Assembly (NCBI RefSeq): GCF_963506605.1
Contig: NC_083276.1
Location: 110,360,001-110,424,000 of the forward strand
Direction of reading: 5' to 3'
DNA from: Zootoca vivipara
Lineage: Eukaryota
Length of the DNA: 64,000 bases
Under the pieces are notes generated by a model. The model was not told the DNA's origin. It saw only the letters and a list, made by a program, of their open reading frames with translations, and did not search any database. Of the stretch, positions 52,401-64,000 are shown in pieces. Position 1 is the stretch's first letter; each line of letters starts with the position of its first letter. The position numbers and the translations under genes are program-made.

Positions 52401-55400
52401 TTAGGACAAGAGAGGTGCCCAGGATTCCGAAGACGGTAGTGAGAGCCATCTTTTCCATTGAGGAGCATGCTGTGTGTTTAGGAATGTGATGCCTGCTTGC
52501 TAGCTTTTCTGCAACATCTGAAGGCCACGTTGAAAAAGGAAAAAAGATTTCTCCCCCTTCTCCTTTGCAGGCTGTTGAAAGGAAATGGAATGTTCCCTGG
52601 CCCTGTACTGTGTGGCTTCCTCTGAGCTTATGTCACTCAAAGGCAAATTAAAAGGCAGTGTAAATATTCTTTGGCGGTAATCAAATAAGCATACAAGTGT
52701 AATGCCATTTTTTCGCAGTAGAAAGATGCAGAAAATGTGCTCCAGTTTTATTTCAGCAGGCGAACACATCTATTGGATTAGATGACGCTCAGGGTCCCTT
52801 CCAATTCTACAGTTCTATAATTGTATGAAAATAGCTTGTTAGTACAGTCAAGAAGAGGATGGTTTTCTAGGAATGATTTTATCCAGATACCAATCGCTCC
52901 TGTCTTCTGGAATAGACCTGTCTTGGAAGGGAACAGGGATGGAACTGTGATTCAGGGTACCTCTTTGAGAGAACAAGCAACATTATATTGCATAGGGTAG
53001 TATACAATTTGATAAAATAAAAATTTAATATATATATACCTGTGCATTAAAACACAGTATAATCCATTTAATGAAGACACCAGCTACAAAATTATTGGAT
53101 ACATGGCTACTTACAATTTTCTTACTTCTTTCTTTATAAAAAAAGAATAAGAAGAAACATTCAACATTAAGTTAACAACAATCTGGGACTTAATTCATCA
53201 TTTTAAAAAAAACAAACCTCAAATTATTTTAATAGCATCTTCACCTTTAATACCATGGTGAACATGAATTGGTCCGATAAATGTATTGCCGCAATTGTTC
53301 TGTGGGGTCAACGGACCTTTGCCAAAAATCTGACCTCAGTGAAGTGTATTGGGAAGGGAAATGATGCTTCTGATAATTTGAGAAGATGTGAAATGATTTG
53401 AACTGTTTTCCCAGATTGGGAAATGTTTGTTTTTGCACTTCGTTAGTTATCAGAAAAGCTGATAGTGCCTTCCTGTTCAGAGGAGTTGCGCAGTCTGCTG
53501 GTAAATCAAACACTTGACCTGGCCACTAAGTTTAAAAATTTGAATTCGGACCAGAGTTCACTTTGTGTGTCAAAACGAATCAAACTCTTGAGATAGAGGT
53601 GTCTTGAAATTCAGAGAGGATAAATGATTAAAGAGGGACAGAAACTTATGGCAAAAGCCAAACTCCAGTTTCCTAAATAGGTAAAGTGTACAAATGGAAA
53701 AGGGGGTGGTGGTGGAGATAATTGTTACTTGTTGCAATAAACTGCATCCACAGTCTAGTCTTGGGAAAACTCAAAGCTTTTATGATAATGAAACTTTTTT
53801 TGAGCACCTTACCTGACCGCTAACATAAACCTTCACTTAGTGGTACAACACCAGCTTTGGACACAAAAGATCCCAGGTTCAATCCCCACCATTTCATAGA
53901 ATCGTAGAATTGTAGAGTTGGAAGGGACCTCAAGGATCATCTAGTCCAACCCCCTGCAACGCAGGAATATGCAGCTTTCCCCAAATGGGGATCAAACCTG
54001 CAACCTTGGCATTATCAGCACCACACTCTAACCTACTGAGCTGCCCACTAGCACCCTAGGTAAGGCTGTATAAATTAAAATTCTGCTCTCTGAAATCCCA
54101 GAGCGGTGCTGCCAGGCAGTACAGATAGTTCTGAACTAGATAGAACAGCAGTCTTGCTCAGTATGAGGCAACTCTCTGTGCTCCTATGATTCGAAATACA
54201 GAAAGTTCAAAGATAAAGTAGAGGCAGCATCCTGAACCATTAACACAACTGGTGGCCTGACAATGCAACAGAGTAGCTGAAGAGTTATTCATCCATTTTT
54301 CTATAGCAAAGAATCAGTGCCACACAACAGTGCATATTTCTCCCCAAAATTTTTCTTTGGGAATGCACAGTGGTCCTTTGCCATAATGAGAATAAGCAGC
54401 AGCAAGCCTTGGCCTTTCCTTTATGCCCTCCTCCCTTTCCTTTATGCCCTAGGAAAGATTTGATGCTTCTGTTTGTCTCAAACCACATTTTCTCTCTCAT
54501 TCAAATATTGGTTTGGGGAAACTACAAGTCTCCCTTCAGAGGTTAATGTGTCGGACTAGGACTTTGAGTTCCTTGGCGGGAAAAAGTGGGATATAGATGC
54601 AATAAATCAATAAATGATACAGTGTGGGAGTGGGGTTGTGCCAGTTAGACTCATTAACATTGCACCCTCCAGCTTCCCCCTCGGCACCTGCAGCTATAGT
54701 ACAAAAATTTGCCCCTGGGAAGTCCTCGCACTATTCCCTGGGTAGTAGGGCAAAGTGAAGCATGCAACACGGGGGGACAAGGTAATTTGTGTGGCCCATA
54801 TCCTGCATTGTATCAATGTGTGAGCAATACTTCAGAAGAGGGCTATTGTTTATCCAAAAGCCAGGACTCCAAACCTGGAGCAGACTATCATTTGGGACCC
54901 TGGTTTGACCAGACGCTCTCAGGTAAAAATGCACAATATGGTTTGCTGCCAATTAGCAGCAGTGCCCAAGCTTTATTTCTCTCCATTGCAAACTAACAGA
55001 ATGGCCACCCAAACAATGTTCTGTTTTGCTTACGTTACTTTGTAAAGCGTCACATATATTGATGATGTAATGATATCAGGGAATTTTCTCATTAATATCA
55101 TGCACTCCCATTTCAGGATTACTGAGTGCAACAAAACCTTGTGCGGCAGTCCATTTGAGCACTGAGGCATGGCTAGTATTATTTTCCTATTACTGTACTT
55201 TTATAATGTATTTTCTAAGTAATTATTTTATGTGTGGAATAATAGCGGCAGATAAAACATCTGTGAACCCAATCATCTGGTGTTAGGAAGCAGTACATTT
55301 TTGTATCAGTTGCAAACTACTGGGGGGTCCCTCCAGATTGTCGCCCCCCCCCCATATGTAATGCAACATGCCATTGACAATGTTGCAGAATGCATTTGCG

Positions 55401-55482
55401 GTTGGATTTCTGAACAGTCCCACACAACGCTCTGCCTTAAAGTGACCTTTCTGACACTTACACTTTATTGTGGTATAGTTGC

Positions 55483-55483
<1 letters not shown>

Positions 55484-55525
<42 letters not shown>
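55484..55525 (+). repeat. (TTA)n microsatellite
   Basis: About 14 TTA units seen directly. Confidence 0.9.
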
Positions 55526-55528
<3 letters not shown>

Positions 55529-55633
55529 ATTATTCAGTTAGTTTTCTGAAAGGAAAAGAGGAAAAGAAAACCTTTTTATTATGGTAGGAAAATGGTGACT
55601 CTTGTGAAAGATCTGCAAAGGACCCTCAATATT

Positions 55634-55895
55634 ATAGAATCATAGAATCATAGAGTTGGAAGAGTCCACAAGGGCCATCCAGTCCAACCCCCTGCCGAGC
55701 AGGAAACACCATCAAAGCATTCTTGACATATGCCTGTCAAGCCTCTGCTTAAAGACCTCCAAAGAAGGAGACTCCACCACACTCCTTGGTAGCAAATTCC
55801 ACTGCCAAACAGCTCTTACTGTCAGGAAGTTCTTCCTAATGTTTAGGTGGAATCTTCTTTCTTGTAGTTTGAATCCATTGCTCCGTGTCCGCTTC
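55634..55895 (-). mobile_element. CR1 LINE 3' fragment (ORF2 C-terminus, 3'UTR and 8-mer tail)
   Basis: [54 protein letters not shown] is CR1-typical; (ATTCTATG)n tail. Confidence 0.92.
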
Positions 55896-57507
55896 TTCTT
55901 TCCATGTGGAGGTGTTTGGGTTTGGGTATGGCTTGAGAGACATCTGTTTTGCTCCACTTTCCCCTGACAGGTGTGAGCTGTCAGTTTGCAAGCTCACTTC
56001 ACAGGAGAGAGATGACAGATAGAGACACGGGTACCGAGTCAAAGTACTGGCCATGACAGCAATCATTAGCTGCCGACAAACTTTCATCACAATAACCAGG
56101 TTTGCCAGAGCTCAGACAGACACACAGTACCCCTTCTAATCTCCTCTACTCCCACAGAGTTAGAATGCCGGAATACTTGGCAGAAAATAGATAAAGAAAG
56201 AAAGCCACAAAGGGGCTATTCCCTTATTTACTTATGCTCATAACTCCAACATTCACTTGCTGGAGGAACATGAAGACATTGATGGGATGGGGGAACCAGC
56301 ACTCGTGCTTCTGAGAAGCACAATGTGACAGGCTTCCCTCTCAAGCCTGGGGCTGCAGAGGGAGTAGGGGATCTCCCCAGCGCTTGTTCTATGCTTGAGG
56401 AATGCCTGGAGATCCTAGGGCACAACTGCAGAGATGGTCCGTCCTTTCCTCCCACTGCAGCTCCAAGCAGGAGAGGTACAGTTGGAGCAGGGGATCCTCT
56501 GACCAGGTTCTGAAATTTGGAGGTGTGACCTTTGGAGATGAGACTTGCCCAGGGGAATCCGTGGGCGAGGGGCAAAGAGAAGCACCCCATGTTGTTGATC
56601 GTTTCCTACTTCAGCCCTACAAGGCCGGCACAGTGTTGGAAGCCCTCTGTTCACCTTGTAATGTGTTCTGTTGGGCACCGTAGCTCAGCAACATCGTGCC
56701 CTGGGAGTGACAGAAGCCTTCCAGGGTGTCTCTGGCTGAGGGCTTTGTACCTGCCGCCTGACCCTTTATAACGGGAGGCGCCAGGGATCGAAGCCAAGCT
56801 ATTCACGCAAGCCACATGCTCCACCACATTCTCTCTGTTTGAACTCCACTTGGAAAGGTGCTTTTAAGATTCATGGGGAGCAAGAGCAGAGAAAGGCAAA
56901 CACGCCCTCTCTAGAGCCGCTGGTGCAGAAGTTGGAACCGTGAAGTGCCCAGGCTGAAGCAAGTCGCAGGCAGCATACACTCCACTCTGCCCCATTCAGC
57001 ATGACTTTAATCCTGAGCGGTGAACATTTCTTTGTAACCCTACCTCAAAGTATCAGGCAGTTTATAAGGGGCACCATTGAAAATAGCCCTGTTCCCCATA
57101 ATCCTTTGTTAATGACTAGGTGCAGTAGATCTGTTATATTAGTCCAAAGTTCATGAAGTGGAGGCTTCAGATTACGCTATGATTTATGGTTATTTCATTC
57201 AGGAAATGGTAAAAAAAAGTAAGACTATGTAATCTTGATTCTCTGAACTTGCCTGTCCTGTCAGTGATAATCTGTCTAGTTCATTTGGATATTCCAACTA
57301 TTGCAGCAGAGGTCATTGTTGCAGGTGCTGTTCACATTATACAGGCTATGAAATAATAATTATTATTATTGTTATTGTTGCTATTATTATTATTATCATC
57401 ATTATTTCAATTTATATACCACACTTTATCAAAAGATCCCAGGGCAGTGTACAACATTAAAACCTCATTACAGAACATCAATTTTAAAAACATAATTAAA
57501 AAACATA

Positions 57508-58366
57508 CTGAGTTCATCATGCAAAAGGCTGGACTGGATGAATCCCAAGACAGAATTAAGATTGCCAGAAGAAATGTCAACAACCTCAGATATGCTGATG
57601 ACACAACCTTGATGGCAGAAAGTGAGGAGGAATTAAAGAACCTTTCAATGAGGGTGAAAGAGGAGAGCGCAAAATATGGTCTGAAGCTCAACATCAAAAA
57701 AACTAAGATCATGGCCACTGGTCCCATCACCTCCTGGCAAATAGAAGGGGAAGAAATGGAGGCAGTGAGAGATTTTACTTTCTTGGGTTCCGTGATCACT
57801 GCAAATGGTGACAGCAGTCATGAAATTAAAAGACGCCTGCTTCTTGGGAGTAAAGCAATGACAAACCTAGACAGCATCTTAAAAAGCAGAGACATCACCT
57901 TGCCAACAAAGGTCCGTATAGTTAAAGCTATGGTTTTCCCAGTCGTGGTGTATGGAAGTGAGAGCTGGACCATAAATAAGGCTGATCGACGAAGAATTGA
58001 TGCTTTTGAATTATGGTGCTGGAGGAGACTCTTGAGAGTCCCATGGACTGCAAGAAGATCAAACCCATCCATTATGAAGGAAATCAGCCCTGAGTGCTCA
58101 CTGGAAGGACAGATCCTGAAGCTGAGGCTCCAATACTTTGGCCACCTTGTGAGAAGAGAAGACTCCTTGAAAAAGACCCTCATGTTGGGAAAGATTGAGG
58201 GCACAAGGAGAAGGGGACGACAGAGGACGAGATGGTTGGACAGTGTTCTCGAAGCTACGAACATGAGTCTGACCAAACTGCGGGAGGCAGTGGAAGACAA
58301 GAGTGCCTGGCGTGCTATGGTCCATGGGGTCACGAAGAGTCTGACACGACTAAACAACAACAACAA
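57508..58366 (+). mobile_element. BovB (RTE) LINE, 5'-truncated
   Basis: Highly similar to 42155-43027 with the YADD motif and (CAA)n tail. No clear TSD; it abuts an AAT-tailed LINE end on the minus strand (about 57350-57460). Confidence 0.95.
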
Positions 58367-58521
58367 AATAGTTAGCATTACATTCCTATGACAGTAAGGT
58401 GGAAAAGGAGGTTCTTTGCCCCATTGCAGTTCTGAAGGTTTTCACAAATCAAAAAACAACAGTGCAACCCGTAAAAAATGGTGCAATCCCATATATTGTC
58501 CAGCTTTAACTAAGCTTAGAG

Positions 58522-58657
58522 CAGGCATCCCCAAACTGCGGCCCTCCAGATGTTTTGGCCTACAACTCCCATGATCCCTAGCTAACAGGACCAGTGGTCA
58601 GGGATGATGGGAATTGTAGTCTCAAAACATCTGGAGGGCTGAGTTTGAGGAAGTCTG
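58522..58657. mobile_element. short palindromic hAT-type MITE
   Basis: Same family as 49909-50044; imperfect TSD GCTTAGAG / GCCTAAAG. Confidence 0.82.
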
Positions 58658-58672
58658 GCCTAAAGTTTAGGG

Positions 58673-59015
58673 CAGGGGTCAGCAAAGTTTTTGTGGCTTG
58701 GGCCAGTTCATGGTCCCGCAGACGCCGCAGTGGGCCAGTGTGCGCACACGCAAATGCTATTTCCGGTGCTCCTTCCAGTGCAGAGGAGATGTGCGCATCT
58801 TCCCATTGGGTGCAGGAGCTTCCTGCAGCCAATAGGAAGCCAGACAGCGTCGTGGAAGGCGCTCCCTGCTCTGTTCCGTGTCTGTTTAGCGTGGTGCATG
58901 GGAGCCGACCGAGTGGGTGGTGGGGGTTCCCGAGCGGGCGGTGGGGGTCTATGGGCCAGTTAAATGACCCCCATGGGCCGCTTGTGGCCCATGGGCCTTA
59001 GGTTGCCACCCCCTG
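58673..59015. mobile_element. hAT non-autonomous element
   Basis: Ends CAGGGGTCAGCAA / TTGCCACCCCCTG; perfect 8-bp TSD GTTTAGGG (58665-58672, 59016-59023). Confidence 0.85.
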
Positions 59016-60264
59016 GTTTAGGGGCACGATAAATCTGACGACCGGACTCGGTTCCCCACAACGAATATTCATATCCTTCATGAATCTCTATGGTTCTTTC
59101 GGAGGGTGAAGTTAACGTTCATGTCATATGGCACCCTTCTTGGCACAAATCATTTAATCAAATCCCTGCATTCCTCAAACCCACCCGCACACCCCTAGGA
59201 AAGATTTGACACTTCTGTTCCTGGTTTGTCTCAAACCACATTTTCTCTTTCATCCAAACATGACAAACATAGCCTTCTGAATTCCAGTTGCTGGAAACCA
59301 CAGGAAGGAAGAGTTTTGTTGCGCTTTGGTCCTGTTTATGCACATCCCATAGGTTTCTGGTTGGCCACTGTGAGAACAGGATGCGGCACTAGATGGGCCA
59401 TTGGCCTGATCCGGCAGGCTTTTCTTATATTCTTATTATGGGCAGTATTGGCGTAGCACTGCTATGAAGGAAAGGTTGAAATTGAAGGATGGATGTAGTG
59501 AACTGGAGCTGTTCCTTGGGGCCTAGTCAGACAAAATATTTAAATGAGACCCAATCCTGACACGGAAATTAAGGGTGTGCCTTAGTTTCCTATCAAGCAG
59601 ACGAATAATTACTGTAGGGCTCATTAATTTGTTGCCATTTTGAAGAAGGCACCAAATTAGATAGCAGATATTCCAAAGATTTTTGTGAGGCTTGTGAAGA
59701 TGCTACTCTCTATCTTTGCTGAAGACATTAAGCAAAAGTGGGGGAAAGTTAATATTCTTACATCTGCTTGTTTAGATTTATGACAGAGCTGTTCTACTAT
59801 CACAACACTTACTATAGCATGGTAATTTTAATCCACTACTGTCAAAGTGCCCAAAAATGATGCTGCTTTAAAAAGAGTTATTAGCAATGTGTGAGCCAGC
59901 AGGGGGAAAAAAAACATTTGTCAGATTGGAAAACCCATTCAAACAATTTATTACATCAGCAACTAATTCATGCCTCTCCGCTAGAGTAAAGCATGCCTTA
60001 GAAAGTGTTTAGGAAATTGTGTGTGCCTACAACACGTGATTGATACTCACATTTTTATTTGCTCACATAGGAGGCTGAAAATATATGAGAATACTAATGG
60101 GGAGTAAACTCAGCTCCTATTTAACCACAAAAGAATGGCTATATTTATGTTGTAGCTTATATGTCTGCCTCCATGCCAGAAAGGTTAATATTTCATTGGG
60201 AAGCTAGCCCACTTTGTTTCGAAAGATATTTCTCCCATCTTGAAGAGGAAGGTTTATAGGTCTA

Positions 60265-60360
60265 AAAATTTTTTAAAAAATCCTTCCAGTAGCACCTTAG
60301 AGACCAACTAAGTTTGTCATTGGTATGAGCTTTTGTGTGCATGCACACTTCTTCAGATAC
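60265..60360 (-). mobile_element. Penelope pLTR fragment with a mutated hammerhead motif
   Basis: Same terminus as 61931-62030; 8-bp TSD TAGGTCTA (60257-60264, 60361-60368). Confidence 0.82.
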
Positions 60361-61324
60361 TAGGTCTATAGTACTAGGATAGTACTAGGTCTAGGTTTAT
60401 GGGTCTGTTTGCTTAAATTACCTATTGTACTTCATGGGTAAGTCCTTCAAATATGTGTCCTTGTCTGAGGGACACATATTTAATATTTATCTCTCACATA
60501 CACAAAACCCCCAACCTCAGCCCCTGCACCAGCAACTGGATAAAAAAAGGATGTGTTGACCTTTAAGAAACCATCCTAATTATCTCAAGGTGGAAGAGAT
60601 AATGGCATTTATTTGCCTGAAACCTTTTTTTTTTTGTCTTCTCAGGAAAAAAAGCTGGGTTTTGCAGGATTTGCTGGTGGAAGATCTTGTTATCTAAAAG
60701 GGGGGGGGGAAGTGACTTAGTTCCCTAAATGAAGGTAGAGGTCATCCTTCCCTTAATGGATTACTCCACATGGTGCTCGAGAGAAGAGAGTCTGGTTCTT
60801 TTATGCTTATCATGTCTGGGTGGGTGGGAACCTGCTGATAAATAGAAAATCTCTTATCTTAAAAGCTGCACTGTCAGGAAGGAGACAGGTACCATTTCTG
60901 TTTTCACACTGCACTTACACCGAAGCCATTGCATTAACTTCTTTGGAGATTCTTTTGATTTATTTTATATATTTTTAAAAAGTGCCTTTGGTAGTATATT
61001 GAATCCCTTGCTTTGCCAGAAGAATAGAGCTTCTGGAACTGGGCAGGTTCATGGGGAGAATTTTAGACTTATACACAGGTCTGTCGGAGCATGGTGGTGG
61101 GAAGCCCTCCAGATGTTGTTGGACTTGTCAGAACATAAGAAGAGCCTACTGGATCAGGCCATTGGTCCTTCTAACCCAATATCCAGTTCTCACAGCAGCC
61201 AAGCAGCTGCCTATGGGAACCCAGCAAGCAGTATCTGAGTGCAAGTATCTCTGCTCTTGCAGTTTCCAGCAACTGGTATTCAGAAGAAGAGCATAGCCCC
61301 ATCATGGCTAGTAGACATTGCAGG

Positions 61325-61836
61325 ATGTGCTATGGTCTAAACCAGTGGTCCTCAACCTTGGGCCTCCAGATGTTTTTGGCCTACAACTCCCATGATCCCT
61401 AGCTAGCAGGACCAGTGGTCAGGGACAATGGGAATTGTAGTCTCAAAACATCTGGAGGCCCAAGGTTGAGGACCACTGGTCTAAACCACTGAGCCTCTTG
61501 GGCTTGCTGACCAGAAGCTCGGCGGTTCGAATCCCCACGACAGGGTGAGCTCCCGTTGCTCTGTCCCAGCTCCTGCGAACCTAGCAGTCTGAAAGCACAC
61601 CAGTGCAAGTAGATACATAGGTACCGCTGCGGCAGGAAGTTAAACAGCATTTCCATGCGCTCTGGTTTCCGTCACAGTGTACTGTTGCGCCAGAAGCAGT
61701 TTAGTCATGCTGGCCACATGACCCGGAAAGCTGTCTGTGGACAAACGCCGTCTCCCTCGACCTGAAAGCGAGATGAGCGGCGCAACCCCAGAGTCACCTT
61801 TGACTGGAATTAACAATTCAAGGGTCCTTTACCTTT
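61325..61836 (+). mobile_element. Sauria SINE interrupted in its head by a hAT MITE
   Basis: GTGCTATGGTCTAAAC|CACTGAGCCTC continues after the MITE; body and GGGTCCTTTACCTTT tail present. Confidence 0.85.
61343..61478. mobile_element. short palindromic hAT-type MITE
   Basis: TIRs CAGTGGTCCTCAACCTTGGGCCTCCAGATG / CATCTGGAGGCCCAAGGTTGAGGACCACTG; perfect 8-bp TSD GTCTAAAC. Confidence 0.92.
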
Positions 61837-61987
61837 TTTCCTAAGTAGACATTGACAGGCTGATCCTCCATGAGTTTGCCCATTCCCCTTGGGAGCGAGT
61901 TCCATCGTTTAACTACCGTATGAGTAGTGCAAAGAAAAAGAAAAAAAATTCCTTCCAGTAACATCTTAGAGACCAAGTTTGTCATAG

Positions 61988-62025
61988 GTATGAGCTTTCG
62001 TGTGCATGCACACTTCTTCAGATAC
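61988..62025 (-). ncRNA. minimal type I hammerhead ribozyme motif in the Penelope pLTR
   Basis: GUAU-CUGAAGA-A-GUGUGCAUGCACAC-GAAA-GC-UC-AUAC: stem I GUAU/AUAC, CUGANGA and GAAA core, palindromic stem II, UH cleavage site. Confidence 0.8.
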
Positions 62026-62455
62026 ACTGAAACAGAAGTCACCAGACCCTTATGTATAGACAGAGGGTGGAGAGGGGTATTACTCAGAAGGGTGGTGGGA
62101 ATGGTGATTGGCTGATAGGAGTGGTAAACCTGTTGACGACTGTTAACGACTGCAATTGGTCTTGCAGGAAAAAGCAAGGGGTGAGATGGCTAAAGAAAGC
62201 TTTATCATGTATAATGAGATAAGAATCCAATGTCCTTATTCAGACCAGGTCTCTCCATGGTTTTAAGCTTGGTAATGAGTTGCAATTCAGCAACTTCTCT
62301 TTCCAGTCTGTTTCTGAAAATTTTCTGTAATAAGACAGCTACTTTGAGATCTTGTATAGAATGTCCTGGGAGATTGAAGTGTCCTGGGAGATTGAAGTGT
62401 TCTACTGGTTTCTCTGTCTTGTGATTCCTGATGTCAGATTTATGTCCATTTATCC

Positions 62456-62800
62456 AGGTGGCGCTGTGGTTAAACCACTGAGCCTAGGGCTTGCTGATCA
62501 GAAGGTCAGCGGTTCGAATCCCTGTGACGGGGTGAGCTCCCGTTGCTTGGTCCCAGCTCCTGCCAACCTAGCAGTTCAAAAGCATGTCAAAATGCAAGTA
62601 GATAAATAGGAACCGCTACAGCGGGAAGGTAAACGGCATTTCCATGTGCTGCTCTGGTTTGCCAGAAGCGGTTTTGTCATGCTGGCCACATGACCTGGAA
62701 ACTATACGCCGGCTCCCTTGGCCAATAATGCGAGATGAGCGCGCAACCCCAGAGTCGGTCACGACTGGACCTAATGGTCAGGGGTCCCTTTACCTTTACC
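62456..62800 (+). mobile_element. Sauria SINE nested in the Penelope ORF
   Basis: Full body; TSD TTATCC (62450-62455, 62801-62806); the Penelope frame resumes on the far side. Confidence 0.92.
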
Positions 62801-63763
62801 TTATCCTTTGGCGTAGGGTTTGGCACCATAGATTTGTATAACAGCATTACAATGTTGGCAGCTAAATTTTCTCTTCCTTTCCATTGTCTCATTTCTATGA
62901 GAGCTTCGCTGAGGTGGAAAGTACAGGGTCGAAAGGCTGAAAATGAAGGAAGGAATGAAAAGATGAATGAAAAAAAAGGCAGCTTCTGAAAACATGCGTG
63001 GGTCTAAATCGGTCAGTTCCAGAGGGTTCCAAGGGGCAAATTTTGAAACCCAGAGTGGAATTCAACATTGTGCTAAGTGTAGTATGTGCATGGAGTACAA
63101 GGTGTCCTTTCACAACATGATTTCCCCCTCCCTCCTCTACCTGTACTTCCTATAAACTTGTTCTGGGACTTGAAGTACACTTGGAGAAATCTCAGAGCGA
63201 AGGCAGCGGGAAGTCCCATTGTGCAAGTTGACATTGTTCCACACACACAGCAACTCAGTTGACTCCCGCCCCCAGTGTCCAGCTCTTCAATTTTTAGATT
63301 CTGCCTACAACTTGTGGCTCTCTGGGGATTTTGTAATAAGTCAATGGAGGCCTGTTACAATTGCATCTGCAAAGTTTTAGGGAATGTGCACACCATAAAG
63401 CACATGACTTCCCCTAGAGAATCCTGGGAACTGCAGTTACTCTGTCGCAGAGCTATAATTCCTAGCACCCTTTATAAACTGCAGTGACCAGGATTCGGGG
63501 AGGGGATGCTTTCAATGTGTGAGGTGTATGAAGCCCACATTTCTCAAAGCGGAGGGTATTAGCTGAAAAGCAAAAGCCTGTTGAAGGTGCTTTTATTAAG
63601 AATAAAAAAGAAGAAGAATTAGATTGCATCTCTCAGCTCTTATATACAATTTTTGATTGCCTGTTGCAACATTCACTTTTGTATGTTTTGAATTTGTGCA
63701 TTGCTTTATTGTATTTGTGTCTTAGGTGAAAAGACTCCCACAAGGGGTGCTGGACTTGGAGGT

Positions 63764-63870
63764 TTTTAAACAGAGGTTGGATGGCCATCTGTCATGGATG
63801 CTTTAGCTGAGATTCCTGCATTGCAGGGGGTTGGACTAGATGGCCCTCGGGTCCCTTCCAAGTCTATGTA
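63764..63870 (+). mobile_element. CR1 LINE 3' fragment
   Basis: TTTTAAACAGAGGTTGGATGGCCATCTGTC...GGGGGTTGGACTAGATGGCCCTCGGGTCCCTTCCAA. Confidence 0.8.
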
Positions 63871-64000
63871 CAATCCAGTCCTTTTTATTATTATTATTCT
63901 TCCACAGGTGGGGAATTTCTCCCTTTCCATCTTCCATCCCATGCACACAAAGAAGCACAACTGCATTTGCAAGTATGTTGTTGGAGGTAAAGCATATACA

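Larger units (their letters stand above)
61931..62824 (-). mobile_element. Penelope-like retroelement 3' part (GIY-YIG endonuclease C-terminus plus pLTR), interrupted by a Sauria SINE
   Basis: After removing the SINE the minus strand translates QTLRQRINGHKSDIRNHKTEKPVEHFNLPGHFNLPGHSIQDLKVAVLLQKIFRNRLEREVAELQLITKLKTMERPGLNKDIGFLSHYT*, stop at 62207-62205, followed by the pLTR. Confidence 0.9.

Noticed and set aside
46900-64000. A neighbouring protein-coding gene upstream of LRP2
   Set aside because: I found no exon-like sequence with recognisable protein similarity other than TE fragments; small exons could be missed by eye.

Overview
Vertebrate (squamate, most likely lacertid lizard, judged from its Sauria SINE, BovB and Penelope content) genomic DNA. 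It holds the 5' end of LRP2 (megalin) on the minus strand: a TATA-containing CpG-island promoter near 46.5 kb, exon 1 (signal peptide), a 29.5-kb intron 1, and exons 2-10 (seven LDL-receptor class A repeats and two EGF modules), all GT-AG and phase 1, with the gene running off the left edge. The rest is intron and upstream DNA dense in transposable elements: Sauria SINEs, BovB/RTE, CR1 and L2 fragments, Penelope-like elements, hAT and Tc1/mariner MITEs, and a solo LTR. The most notable observations are: (1) a CpG-decayed duplicate of the LRP2 core promoter/5'UTR about 3.15 kb upstream, keeping the TATA box and a uORF; (2) minimal hammerhead-ribozyme motifs in Penelope termini, intact upstream of the gene but broken in the copy inside intron 1, which forms a perfect 80-bp hairpin; (3) short locally templated insertions. 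There are two small assembly gaps. Comparisons with human LRP2 and with repeat consensus sequences are from memory and need alignment to confirm.
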